Shown one piece after another: positions 46,314 to 59,533 of a stretch of DNA of 64,000 bases; the first letter of the stretch is position 1; the number at the start of each line of letters is the position of its first letter. The notes beneath the pieces were generated by a model. That model had not been told where the DNA came from and made no database searches. It saw only the letters and a program-made list of their open reading frames with translations. Source of the DNA: Azolla caroliniana. Its lineage: Eukaryota; Plantae; Polypodiophyta. Both the position numbers and the translations under genes were made by a program. The DNA lies in contig JBHGNT010000016.1 of NCBI GenBank assembly GCA_043228905.1, positions 16,678,001-16,742,000 of the forward strand. The letters run 5' to 3'.

Positions 46314-49300
46314 CTACCGGCGTCTGATTCGGGAGCAGCCCTTCTTGGGCATAGGTCCTTTGTATGGCTTTAGTCTAAATCCGTTGACCCATTTACCCTG
46401 CACTTCGCCGACAACTATCCCTAACTGGTAAGACCCATTAAACTCGCGTGTGATCCAGTACGGTCCGGTCCATCTAAACCGTAGTTTGCCTGGCATTTTA
46501 CCCATCCGGGTCTGGAACACTAGTACCGGCTTGCCGATGCCAAACATTTTCTCGTTGCCCTTCCGGTGCCGATCTACAAACACTTTCCGTCGTCGTTGTT
46601 CCAATTCCAGGTGCATGATGCTCGCCAGTCGGTGTTCTTCTAGTTCACACAGAGCCTTTAACCGAATTGCCTCTGATTCCTTTTCATTGAGTCGTTCCCG
46701 AATCTGAATCCGTAAGCTTGGTACCTGGAATTCGACTGGCATGACTGCCTCTAATCCGAATGCTAACCGAAACGGTGTTGTTCGAATGCTTGTCTTGTAC
46801 GTTGTCTGATAGGCCCAGAGCGCACTATGCAGCTTCGTATCCCAATCCGTCCAATTTTCGTTGACGATTTTCCGGAGGATATTCTGGAGTGTTTTGTTCG
46901 TCGACTCAGCTAACCCGTTTGCTTGCGGATAGTACGGTGAGCTTCGTTTATGTACTACCGCATAGAACGTTGTCAAACATTCTACCACCTGTCCAAGAAA
47001 GTGCCCTCCTTGGTCGCTTATCAGCTCTATGGGGCATCCGTACCGGCACCAAATGCATTCGTATAAGAATTTCTCCGTTGACGCCGCGGTGTTGTCTCGT
47101 TGGGCTTTCGCTTCCACCCACTTAGTGCAGTAATCCGTCGTGACGATTACGTACCGGTTACCGGTTCTCATTGCCGATGGTTTAAATGGCCGGACAAAAT
47201 CCAGCCCCCATTTCTGGAATGGTTCTAGTGGTAGGACTGGCTGATGCGGCATCCTAGCTTGTTCCGTTGGTTGGCCCATTCGCTGGCATAGATCACACTC
47301 TTTCGCGTACCGGACTGCGTCTTTCAATGTAGTCGGCCACCATAAGCCACTTTGCCATATCTTCCTTGCCGTCGCATCCCCGACATAATGACCTCCGGCG
47401 ACTCCGCAGTGTGCCTCCCGTAGTATTACCTCTTTCTCGTCGCTGCGCACCGCTCGTCGCCAGATACCATCCGCACCTTTGTGGTATAGCGTGTCCTATA
47501 ATAAACAGAAGTGTCGGCTTTGTACCACCAGGCGTTTTCTCTCGTCTCGGTTCATCTCCTCCGGAGGCAATCCGGTACTCAGAAACTGGTGCATATTAGT
47601 TAGCCACTTATCTTCCTGTGCCAACGTTTCATCTGTTGCCGTTTCCATGGTGACTCGAAAAAGCTCTGCATCCGGAAACTCGTCCGGTACCCTGTCACCC
47701 ATCTCCCCGGAATCTAACCGGCTTAGATAATCTGCTACCGCATGCTGTATGTCGGGTCAGTGGAATATCTCGAATTCGAACTCCTGCAACAGCAAGGTCC
47801 ACCGGGCCAACTTACCGGTACGTGACGCTTTGGATACTAGGTAGAGGAGTGCCGAATGATCTACATGGAAGGAGAACTTTCTTCCTAATAAATAATGCCT
47901 GAATTTTGTTACACTGTAGATCATTCCTAAAGCTTCCCTTTCCGTGGTAGAATAATTTCGTTCTGCTTGGTATAGCTTCCGGCTGGCATAATACCCTGGC
48001 CGGTACCACCTTGGCTTGGTAAGCTGCATGAGCGCGCTGCCGATTGCGATGTCGGAGGCGTCCACGAACACATGAAACTCTTTACTCCAATCCGGAGGCT
48101 GCACTACCAGTGCTTGTGACAATAATACCTTTAGTGCCCGGTATGCCTTGTCTTCGACGTCTGTCCATTGGAATGGTGTTCGGTGTACTGCCACATGCAG
48201 AGGTGTAGCCAGGTCCGCCAAATATCAGAGCATACAGCTATGCCAACGGATTTGTCCTAAGAAACGGCTCAATTCCTTTGCCGTTGTCGGTGCCGGTGCT
48301 TCTAGGATTGCTTTCACTTTGTCCAGATCTACGGCAATGCCTTCCTTGCTCACAATATGCCCTAGTAGCGTTCCGCTGGATACTCCAAATACACACTTCA
48401 CTAGATTCAGGCTTAGCCAGTACGCCCTACACTTCTCTAGACATAGTCTGAGATGCTGCAAATGATCTTCTTCTCTACTATAGACGGCGAAGTCGTCAAG
48501 GAACACCTGCATAAAGGTCGGTATGTATTCGCTAAAGATCTCCATGATGATCCGTTAGAATGTTGTTGGTGCCGTTTTCAGTCCGAACATCATCACCACG
48601 GCAACAAACACTCCCCATTCGGTGACGAAAGCCGTTTTCTCTTGATCATCAGGGTGCATCCGGATCTGATTATACCCGCTGAATCCGTCTAAGAAATTAT
48701 AGACTTCATGGCCGGCGACGGCATCCAAAACTCCATTCGTAAACAGAAGTGGAAATGCATTTGTTACCGTTGTCGCATTGAGCTTCCGGTAGTCAACACA
48801 AACTCTAATTTTGTCGTTCTTCTTCTGTAGGACTACGATCGGGCTCAACCATGTAGATTTCTTTACGGGATGGATGAAGCCAACCCTCAACAATTTGTCG
48901 ATCTCCTCCTTGACTTTGGCGGCGTAGTTTGGGTTCATCCGGTACCGACGCTGTGCAACCGGCTTGGCATCTTTGCTCAGATGTATCTGGTGCTAATACA
49001 ACTAAGGATCCAGGCCTCTCATATCCTCATAAGACCAGGCAAATACGTCGCGAAACTCGTTGAGGAGTGTAATTATCGCCGTTTTGTTCTCTGCATTCAT
49101 TTCTTTGGTGATGTGCACCGGTTTTGCCTCCTCCGTCGTTCCTAGATTTACCTCTTCTAATTGAGACGCTTTTACGCGCTATGATACGGCCATTTCCCTT
49201 TCCAACGCCTCCTGTGCTTGCCATAACTCCCGGATTGCTTCTTTATCCGGTTCCCCTTCGGTTCCATCCGGTTGCAGTAAGTAGGGTGATACCGCTTCGG

Positions 49301-50186
49301 CGATGTCAATTTCGAATAGGGGTACAATCTTCGGGTTCTCCAGCAAGTACTGATCTTCTTCTTCGTCTCCTAATTCTTCCAGCATATTGACGCACTCCGC
49401 ATATAACGGTGTCAGATCCTTGCCGGTGCCCTTCCTTGGTTGTGTTGGTACCCGTACCTTCTCTTTTTCCCGCCGGAACGTAATCATATTCCTCCTCCAC
49501 TTCTGCTTGATGTGTGCCGTCTTTAACCAAGGGCATCCCAATAATAATGGGTACGCTCCTTGAGCCTGCAACTTGAGAACTATGGCTGAGATTTGGAATG
49601 TGTGGCCCCCGATGGTTACTTCTAAGTCCCGTATTAATCCTGTTGGTCGCACCGAGCTTGTGTCCGCCATTCGGAGCCAGAACAGACATGGCTCCCACTC
49701 TTGGATTCCAAGAGCATCGCACGTCCGGAGGCTGATTACATTAACGCCGTAGCCTCCGTCTATTATCGTGCCAAGGAGTTCTTTCCCTTTCACAATGGCC
49801 GTAATTGCCAGACTGTTGGTGTCCACCACCGCCGGTCCCTCCTCCGGATTTGAGAAGAATGTTGGAGCCGGTGGTGTTCCGCCTGTCGACATGCCAAACT
49901 TGAGTCCTTCTGTGAATCTTGGTACTAGCTGCAAGAGTCGTCCTAATGGTAGCACGATCTGGCATTCCTGCAATACCTGCCATGTCACGTTTTCGGACCG
50001 ACTGCCATCGGCGAGCTCTTCGGTGTTCTCCTTTTGCTGCGCAAGTTCTGCTACGTTTCGCTCATTTGCCTTTTTCACCCATTCTGTTGCCTGTTTCCGG
50101 ATGGCCTCTTGTGTCTCCCATTCCGTCGTCTTGCCCTTCGACCTTGTGGTGACCTGCTGTAGGTCTACGATTTCAGCGACTACCAT
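46314..50186 (-). pseudogene. pol: Gypsy pol (PR-RT-RNaseH-IN), several stops
   Basis: ORFs 49179..50186, 48555..48938, 48225..48545, 47757..48221 and 46314..47450, in Gypsy domain order. Confidence 0.92.
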
Positions 50187-51119
50187 GTTTACTGCCGATC
50201 GCTTATCATAGCTCTTTGCCGGACATTGATTACTGTAATGTCCTTCTTTCCGGCAATAATAGCAATATGCTTTCTAGGTATTGCTGGATTCGGCATTGTT
50301 TCCTGGACATGGTGGAGGGCCTGTGGTAACCGCGGGGCTCTGGTCCGGTTGGCTGCTTGAGGCGCCTTTTTCCGGTTCACGTGGGTGGCTCCCGTTTTTG
50401 AAATGTTGTTTTTTATTAAAGTTCTTTTTGTTACGGTACCATTGCCGGGGTTGGTCGTCATACCTCCCGTAATCTTCCCGTCGTTGGTGATAACCGGGGG
50501 AGTGATCCCGGTTGTGATGCTCGTACTGTCCATTGTAATCTCGGTACTTGTCATATCTCTTGTACCGGTCATAGTTGTCTCACCGATTGTCGTACCGGAC
50601 ATCCTGTGCCGGTCGATATCACTCCTCTCGCCGCCAGCGTTTGTCTTCTTCGTCTCAGCTGCTACGTGGCTCAATTTGCCGGACTGGTGGTGCTTGCTGA
50701 TTCAATAAGTTATATTCACACCGGTCCATCGTGTGGCTCGTAGATTGGCAGAGTAAGCAGTGCGTCCGCATGGTGCACTCCAGTGACGAGTGTCCGGAAT
50801 TCAAGCAAGTTGAACATTGGATTGCTTGCCAGAAACGGAGATCCTCATCGGTTGGTAATGCTCGTTGGAGGGCTCCCATTGTTAGCCAAGAGCTCGTTTT
50901 CTCCATTTCTCTAACCCGGTCGATGACCTAGTCGACAGTGCTTGTGTGAAAGTCGATGACCATGCATACCGTTTGTAGAGGTTCCCGAAGCGCGGCTAAA
51001 AATATAGCCCACGTTTCTTCCTCCGGAGGTGCGCGGGTAAGCTGATTGTGCATCCGTTGAAACCGGATGACAAACATCACGATGTATTCTTTTGGTGGTG
51101 GTTTCACACTATGTATTGA

Positions 51120-52596
51120 AAACATCACGACACCGGCTTTTCCGGATCCTTCGGCATAGTGCGATCACTGCCGATCTCCTTTGTCGGTATATCCGGAACC
51201 TGATCCGGACCCGGTTCTCTCCGAATTGGCACGCTTTTTCTAGCACTCGCTCTCCCTATGGCCTTTCTTGCCATAGTACCAACATTCCGCAGCGGAATTC
51301 CCTTGCCTGTTCTCATCGCCTCGACTCCCCCTGTTTCCGAAGGGTCCAGAGTTGACGTTGGCATCACTTCGGTACCTTCTTTCTTGATCCCGTCAGCTGC
51401 CTCCATTGCGCACCGACTCGCCTCGTCCGCCACAACCACAAGGTCTATCTCCCTCCATGTATAGCATCTTGTTGTCGGCATGCGTGCTTGTCAACGCACC
51501 CGCATGATTCTCTTCTACAAGGAGCATCGATTGTAGGTCGAAAAACGACGGCGTATTCTCCCGTGTACACACAGCCGTTCGGAACGCTCCGAACTTCGAG
51601 ACCAGTCCCCCGAGACAGATCTGCACCATCTCGCCTTCCTCGATGTCCACATCGATAGAGGCTAGGGAGTCGCATCTCTATGATCTTCGAGGTGTAATCA
51701 GCCACCAACAAGTCGCGTTATCGTAGGTTGCTCAGCTCTTGTCGGAGTTGAAGCTTCCTGGCTATAGTGCTTGCGGTGAAAATCTTCTTCAGATTTCCCC
51801 AAGCATCTTTCAGCGTTTTTGCATCCCGAATGTAGCTTAGGAGTTGTTCATCCACACAAGACGTGAAGCAGTGCAGTACTCTGCTCGCCTACTATTCCCA
51901 CGTCGGGAAATCTCTATGTGGCTATTCAGGTGCTATGTCATTTGCTCCGTTGACATAGCTCCAGTAACCGTGCCCGAGCAGGTACTGGTGCATCTTGTAG
52001 GACTAAGACGCGTAGTTGTTTCTGTCGAGCTTCTCGGTAGGAAGTGAGCTAGTCATGCCTTTATCCATTTTGCCGTTTTTTTTCTCTGTTCTTCTTGGTT
52101 GGTTTTCTTTTCAAGCTATGTCGGTTGCTCTGATACCATGAAAAGAATAGTGTGCGGAAGCAAGTAGAAAACCGAACACAAAAAATACGCAGGTTTAATG
52201 GAGAGCTTGAATATACACAGCACATGAGAGAGACAGAGAGAGAGTGATAGAAGACACGAGACTCTATTCAAAAATAATACTCAGTCTCTACATACACCAT
52301 GCTCAGTGAGCACCTTTTATACAAGCCCTGACAATCGGGCTGACACAAGTACTGGCAGTACTTGAATGCTCATAAATGAGCCTACTAGACTAACTCCCAA
52401 AATTATTCCTTACGAGGAATATCTTCCCAACGGCCTCACGGTTTACGCACCGCTACGACCTCTCGTTGCGAACTGGTTTGCATAATAGTTTATGCACCCG
52501 GTTTACGCACCAGTCCGGCCTAACCGATCGGTGCCAACCGATCCGGTTCTCGGCTTGCACAGTCGATCCGACCAATGTTGAGCTTGTATCTCAACA
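51120..52596 (-). mobile_element. Copia 5' portion: LTR 52139-52596, tRNA-iMet PBS, degenerate gag
   Basis: GCTCTGATACCA at 52127-52138; the gag (MDKGMTSSLPTEKLDRNNY.., FFDLQSMLLVEE) is homologous to 53309-54100. Confidence 0.9.
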
Positions 52597-52779
52597 CTTT
52601 CATCGAGAACTCGATGCACTGCATTGAGATCTCGTTGAAAGAGGTGTCCCTTTGAATGGGACTCGATGCACTACGTCGAGTTCCTGCTGAAAGGGAGACT
52701 CTTGATTGGGCGACATGCTGTTAGATGGATGGAGATTTATTTCTCGAAGCAATGTGATGTAATACCCACCACTAGAAGG

Positions 52780-55700
52780 TATTGAGCGGCAAGCTCAACC
52801 AGATCCAGATCGGCATCCAGAAGGATGAGCTGGATCGGTGAGCCGGTGAGCAAGCGAGCCGGTGAGCTGGGGAGCCAGTTAGCCAGATCCAGCAATAACT
52901 GGAAGCCTAGTAATAGCTTAGATTATTAGCTAGTTAATAGTCTCGTAATTAGTGTCAGACGCTCGTGTCAGCATTGAAGTATGTTGTATTTCTATCAATC
53001 CTCTACGGACTTGTATAAATAGTGTTGTTGAGCACATTTCATGTACAGAGAATTATTATTGTTTTGGAATAGATTTAAAACCTTTTGCTCTCTCACTCTC
53101 TCTGTCTCTCCCGCGTACACTTTGTGTTAATCTCTCTCTCTCTCTCTATTGCTATCTGACAAGGCCGGTTTGTCTAACGCTTCTGCACATAAACGTTAAC
53201 ATGGTATCAGAGCGCGAGGGTTGAAAACCTCTACAACCGACATTTGCTTTCACAAGACAAACCCTACAGGTTGTGAGAACATAACAGTAGACAGAGAAAA
53301 GAAAAAATATGGACAAAGGTATGGCGAGTTCACTTCCTACAAAGAAGCTCGACCGGAGCAACTACGCGTCCTGGTCATACAAAATGCACCAATACCTACT
53401 GGGGCATGGGTATTGGAGTTTCGTGGAAGGAACGAATGAGGTAGCACCAGAGACTGGACACAAGGACTTCCCAGTATGGGAGCAAGGAACGAGCCGAGTA
53501 TTATACTGCCTCGCGTCCTGTGTGCACAACCAGATGCTCGGTTACATCAGAGATGCAAAGACACCAAAGGAGGCTTGGGAAAATCTACGTAAGATTTTCG
53601 CCGCAAGTACCACAACCTGTAAGTTGCAGCTTCGGCAAGAGCTGAACAACATCCAACAAAGAGATATGTCGTGCGATGCACTTGGGTCCATCAACGTGAT
53701 GGTGGACGAAGAAGAAATGGTACAAATCTTCCTTGGTGGTCTAGCGTAAAGGTACGGACCAATCCGGACAGCGATTTGCACCCGGAAGAAACCACTGACC
53801 TTCTTCGACTTGCAGTCAATGCTGATGGTCGAAGAAATCCACGCAATTGGGTCCAGGACCACTCAATCAAACAACCGGATGCTGTACACAGAGGCGGATA
53901 GGCCCCGTGGGCATGGAGGACAAGGTGGGTCGGCACACACTGGAGGCGGCCGGCAAGAGCAGGAAAGAAGGCACAGAGAACGCACCGACAGTAGTTCCGG
54001 AACATCCACAAGCAGGGGGAGTCAAGGTGGCGCCAGAGGCCGGCAAGATAAATCCGCCACGGAATGCTTGTACTGTGGCAAAAAGGGCCACAGAGAAAGC
54101 GTGTACCAGATGAGAAGCGTAGGAAGTTGGATGCAAAGTCGGAGAAATGCATCCTCGTCGGCTACTCACATGAGCAAAAGGGGTATAAGTGTTATAACCC
54201 CAGATGATGCAGGTCCGAGTTAGCCGCGATGTCGAGTTCGATGAAACGGCTTCATGGTATTCCTTACCAACTCCAACTTCCAACCCCAACCCAATGCCGG
54301 AGGATGAGGCTAGTGAGCCTATACCGGCCCAAGTAGAAGATGATGAATCCGGGACTCAAGAAGAGAGTCCAGAATCGTTTCGGTTGAGTGGGCCGAACGA
54401 GAGACTGGGTCAATCCGACCAGTCCAATGAGGATCCGGCGAGTAGTGAAGACTCTGTCATGCTCTCCCTACGCAAGGAACCGAGGAAACGGTTCACGCGC
54501 AAAGAGAAGGGGAAGAAGAAGCTGATGGAATACGAAACCGGCAATGTTGAGTCGGATCGGAGCGAATCCAACTCTGGTATGGAAGAAGGCGGATCTTCGG
54601 GAACGAAGTTCGAACCAGCCAAGAAGGGCCTCAAACCGGGTAACGGTGGATTACACCGGTCTTCCCGCCAAAAGAACCCCGTGAAGCAGTACGGGTACAA
54701 TGAGTACATGGCGCATCACTATGCGTACATAACCAAGGTAGTAGAATTGCGTGAGCCGGAGAGCTATGCGGAAGCAGCAAAGGACGCAAATTGGCGTGCC
54801 GCTATGAAGGAAGAAATGCGGGCACTCGATGCCAACGACACATGGGACGTAGTCGACCCTCCCCGACACTATAAACCGATCGGATGTAAGTGGGTGTACA
54901 AGGTAAAGTAAAATGCTAATGGTTCGGTTAACCGGTACAAGGCCCGGTTAGTGGCGAAGGGATACTTGCAGACCCACGAAATTTACTACAACGAGACCTT
55001 CGTTTCGGTAGCAAAAATGACGACGGTTCCTGTGGTACTAGCGGTTGTTGCGGCAAGGGGGTGGCATCTTCACCAAATGGACGTGAAGAATGCATTTCTT
55101 CAAGGTGATCTTGAAGAAGAGGTCTTTATGACCCAACCGCCCGGTTTCCAGACGGAGATGAACAAGTCGGCGGTATGCCGAATGAAGAAGTCACTTTATG
55201 GCCTGAAGCAAGCCCCCCGAGCTTGGAATGCGAAGATCATGCACCGGTTGCGTAAGATGGGGTTTGCTGCCTCCAACTCTGACTCTTCGTTGTTCATTCG
55301 GTAAGGTCCAAACAATCCAGTTTGCATCTTGTTGTACACTGATGATCTAGTCATCACCGGACCCGGACTCGATGAAATCAGCCGAGTCAAGTCCCAGCTG
55401 TCGGATGCATTTGAGATGAAGAACCTGGGGGACCTTCACTATTTCCTTGGGATCGAAGTGATCGAGGTGATCCTTGTATTGAATATGTTGTACAAGTTCG
55501 GCATGACGGAATGCCGACCGATCTCCACACCCCTAGACCGGAACCAGAAGCTCTGTCCTGACTCTGGACCGGCCTGTGATGAGAAACGGTTTTGACAAAT
55601 GGTCGGAAGCCTTATATACTTGACCATCACCTGACCCGACATCAACTATCCGGTCGGCGTGATCAACCAATATATACAGCAACCGACCGTGGACCACCTT

Positions 55701-57246
55701 CTGTGCGCGCATCGAATTTTGCGATATGTGAACAACACGGAGGAACTGGGACTGTTATACCAGCATGGTATAACCGAAGAGATAGTTGGCTACACCGATG
55801 CCGACTTGGCCAACGATGCATCAGATCGCCGATCCACCTCCGGATATATGTTTTCCCTTGGTAGCGCGGCTGTTGTGTGGAGCGGCAAAAAGCAGCCAAC
55901 AGTGGCCCTTTCGAGTATTGAGGCTGAATATCAGGGCGCTACCGTCGCCACCTGTGAAGCCATTTGGCTTCGGCGACTGCTGCAAGACGTACGGATCAAG
56001 GTACCGACCCCGATCCTGATCCACTATGACAATATGAGCAGCATGCAGCTCACCAAAAACCTTGTATTCCATGCTCGCACAAAGCACATAGAAGTGCACT
56101 ACCACTTCGTGTGTGAGCGTGTCCTGAGCGGTGACGTCGAACTTCGGTATGTTCATATGGATCGGCAAGTTGCCGACATCTTCACCTAACCGCTCGGATC
56201 GGACAAGTTGCAGCACTTGACCGAAATGCTTGGTGTTCAGCATCTCGACGTGCCACACTTGAGGGGGAGAATGGGCAAAGACACCGGAACGGGCAAAGGC
56301 AAAGAGATTGTTGATTGCACTGGTAAGGGAAGAACCGTCAAGGGGAGAGACAAGAAGAAGAAAGGAGTCGATTCAACAAAGGAAGTTGACACATCCGAAC
56401 AAGTCGGAACAAGCGGTAGCAGTGGGAGAATCAAGAAGGACAAAGCTGACCGGAAGAAGAAGGCAAAGACCCGGACATGGTCCGATGTGGTGAAGGGCCT
56501 GAGACAGCCGATTCAGTTCAACAGAAGGATTCCTAAGAACCGGATCAATCCAAGGCCAAGAGGACGAGAAGGTAGCGAAAGTCGACACCAACACGAAGGA
56601 ATCGGCGAACGGGTACGCATCGAAGTCACAGCAGCGAGGGAGCTGAATTGGGCCTGTTGATCAGATGAGCCGACCGAGAAGGTCGAGGTGCACAAAACCA
56701 GAGGGGTCGCGGCAAACGGGACCGGACCGGACGAGTAGCATGCGCGAGGCGGGGTGACTCTAGAAGGAGCCGGGTGGAAGGACCAGCTACCATGGAGACT
56801 AACACCACGATCCGACCTCAAGTTGAGCTTGAGGGGGAGTGTTGAGCGGCAAGCTCAACCGGATCCGGATCGGCATCCGGAAGGATGAGCCAGTGAGCAA
56901 GCGAGCCGGTGAGCTGGGGAGCCAGTTAGTTGGATACAGCAATAACCGGAAGCCTACTAATAGCTTAGATTACTAGGTAGTTAATAGTCTCGTAATTAGT
57001 GTCAAACACTCGTGTGAGCATTGAAGTATGTTGTACTTCTGTCAGTCCTCTTAAGACTTGTATAAATAGTGTTGTTGAGCACGTTTCATGTACAGAGAAC
57101 TATTATTGATTTGTAATAGATTTAAAACCTTCTGCTCTCTCATTCTCTCTGTCTCTCCCGCGTACACTCTCTGTTAATCTCTCTCTCTCTCTGTTGCTAT
57201 CTGGCAAGGCCGGTTTGTCTGATGCTTCCGCACATAAACTTTAACA
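52780..57246 (+). mobile_element. Internally deleted, degenerate Copia element
   Basis: LTRs 52780-53201 and 56840-57246. PBS TGGTATCAGAGC at 53202-53213. PPT GAGGGGGAG. TSD GAAGG/AAAGG. The gag knuckle joins directly to post-IN sequence near 54100; RT and RNaseH carry stops. Confidence 0.93.
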
Positions 57247-58223
57247 AAAGGTTACATTTGTCGGATAACTTCACTCTTCGTGAGTTATACCAAGTCTATA
57301 AGGATGACATGTTACTGGAAGGTGTAGCTTATATACAATATAGGCAAGGTCTGGATGGGTGTTTCTTTGATCTGCGCAAGTTTAAAAAGCTTGGCAAAGA
57401 GTGGGACAAGAGATGAAGAAATAACAAAATATAAGACTTTATTGAGAGACCATCGAGAAAGCCAAGGATTGGAAAGATCTAAAGCTATGTACCATCGTTA
57501 AGAAGTGATTCTATCACTAGAAAGATACATGTGCTTGATTATAGATGGGATGGATCAGAAGAAAACTTGTTTCCCACATTTTTGAAGATTGCCCAAGGAT
57601 ATTGGAGATGAATGCCTAGTGCAGATGCAATTAGTAGGATGTCTTTTGTATTTTCAGACAATAAGGCCTCAAGTGTTCTTAACATATCCAAATATCCACA
57701 ACGACCCTAATCTTACAGTTACAGTCATGCAAAGAGTTATGCAAAATTGGCAAGGTTTACTTCCACCAGTACTATACGTGCAACTTCACAACACGGCGAG
57801 AGAAAGCAAGAACTCAACTATGTTTGGTTACCTGAGCATGTTAGTAGACATGAGTATTTTCAAAAAGATTAAGGTCAACTTCTTGCTAGTTGGTAATACA
57901 CATGATCACATAGAACAAATGTTTAGTAGGTTCTCCAAGAAATTAGCGAGGTGCAATGCTTTCAAACTTCCTATGCTATCAAGGTTGATTACTAAAGCTT
58001 ATACCCCCAAGCCAGATGTGCAACATTTAGATGAAGTATATGATTTCAAACGCTTCTATTTGGATGGTGATTGTCAAGAGAGAGAGAGAGAGATAATTCA
58101 AAGGGAATTATTATATTGAAGAGTAAAATGGATTACAAAGAGTAGGCAATAGAGTGCTACAAAATAGTGTTGAAACCATTTAGGTTTGGGATAAGTGGTA
58201 GATCCCTATTTATAAGTAATAGA

Positions 58224-58362
58224 GAATACTCTAGAATATTCTAAGTTCTCCTAGAATGTAGAGTAATCTAGAAGATTTCTAGAGTATTCTAAAAGGTTCT
58301 AGTGTATAGAACACTCTAGAATATTCTAGGTTATTCTAGAATGTAGAGTAATATAGAATATT
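58224..58362. promoter_or_regulatory. Repeated HSE-like array in LTR C (second copy ~59594-59732)
   Basis: Multiple GAAnnTTC/TTCnnGAA units, e.g. CTCtaGAAtaTTC and TTCtgGAAggTTC, in an internally duplicated block. Confidence 0.7.
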
Positions 58363-58408
58363 CCTATGATATTAGATTTCATATTCTAAAAACTACATAT
58401 AAGAATGT

Positions 58409-58463
58409 TAATACAATGGTTAAAGATTTGACATGTGTACAACAAGGTCATGGGTTCAAATCC
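58409..58463 (+). promoter_or_regulatory. tRNA-like Pol III A/B-box cassette in LTR C (second copy 59782-59836)
   Basis: A-box TAATACAATGG, variable-loop-like AGGTC, B-box GGTTCAAATCC; starts 44 nt apart. Confidence 0.7.
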
Positions 58464-59497
58464 TTTTGAGGCATAATGTGAGTCTCATGATCCTTTAGAT
58501 GCATGATGTGAGTGTCATCATGACACTATCCCCTTTCTTCGACGACACGTCGCACAAGTCGTAGGGTTTGTATTAGGACCTTTTTTACGAGGATATTGCT
58601 GATGAAATGCAGTGACAAGTTCCGCAGCATTGGAAAGATTTGCAGCAGGTTCCCAAGTTTGATCATTGCGGGTATAGCCTAGCTAATCGACTAAGTAATA
58701 TAGCTTGTTGCGCACGATTTTATAGTCGAGAATGGCATCAACTTCAAATTCGGCTCCATCCAAGAACTCGACAGGTTGTGGGGGTGTCGTAAAACGGCCT
58801 GGAATTGAACTTGTAGTATAAGGTTCCAAAAGGGATAATTGAAACACCGGATGAAGATGCATGTGCGGAGGGAGACCAATACGAAATGCAACATCAAGTA
58901 TCTTACCAGTGATGATGTAAGGGCCAAAACGTTGGTAATCCAATTTACTGCAAGATCGAGTGGTCTTGATGTTGTGTTGGAGAAGCCATACATGATCCCC
59001 AACGTAGAACTTTTCTGAGCAGTCTAGACGATGACGATTGGCAAGCCTCTTGTGTGTAACTTGAGCATCCTGTAAATTGTGGAGAATGGTTGTGTGAATT
59101 TTTTGGAGGCGACTAAGATGATCCTCGGCAGTAGGGTTCGTAGGAATGTCTGGATGTGCATTCATCGTCCACCGAGGATGACAACCCGTATTTGCGAAAA
59201 ATGGGGAATATACTATAGAAGAATGGGCTAAGTTATTGTAAGAAAATTCCTCCAAGTGCAAAAAATCAACCCAATCATCTTGTTGATAGTTGATGAAACA
59301 ACGAAGATATTGCTCCAACGTTTGGTTGGTACGCTGAGTTTGGCGATTTGTTTCGATATGATAGCCCGAAGAAAGCTTAACCGAAATGTGGAGAAGTTTG
59401 AACATGTGCTTCATAAACTTTGAGACGAATTTTGTAGCACTTTGTTGCCTACTCTTTGTAATCCATTTTACTCTTCAATATAATAATTCCCTTTCAA

Positions 59498-59533
<36 letters not shown>

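Larger units (their letters stand above)
30897..51100 (-). mobile_element. Non-chromovirus Gypsy (Phygy/Selgy-like) with extra 3' ORF; 5' LTR deleted; hosts chromoviruses A and B
   Basis: gag with CCHC at 50200-51090; PR IDGGYGVN; RT MNPNY..FLDDF; RNaseH VDASD; IN KWGLDF..SDQG..GLAE; GPY. Probable 3' LTR at 30897-31359. Confidence 0.88.

Noticed and set aside
27909-52596. LTRs 27909-28351 (or 24242-24647) and 52139-52596 as the pair of one intact Copia
   Set aside because: They are same-family but clearly diverged, and the flanks (GAGAT or CTATA versus CTTTC) give no TSD. They are reported as separate fragments.
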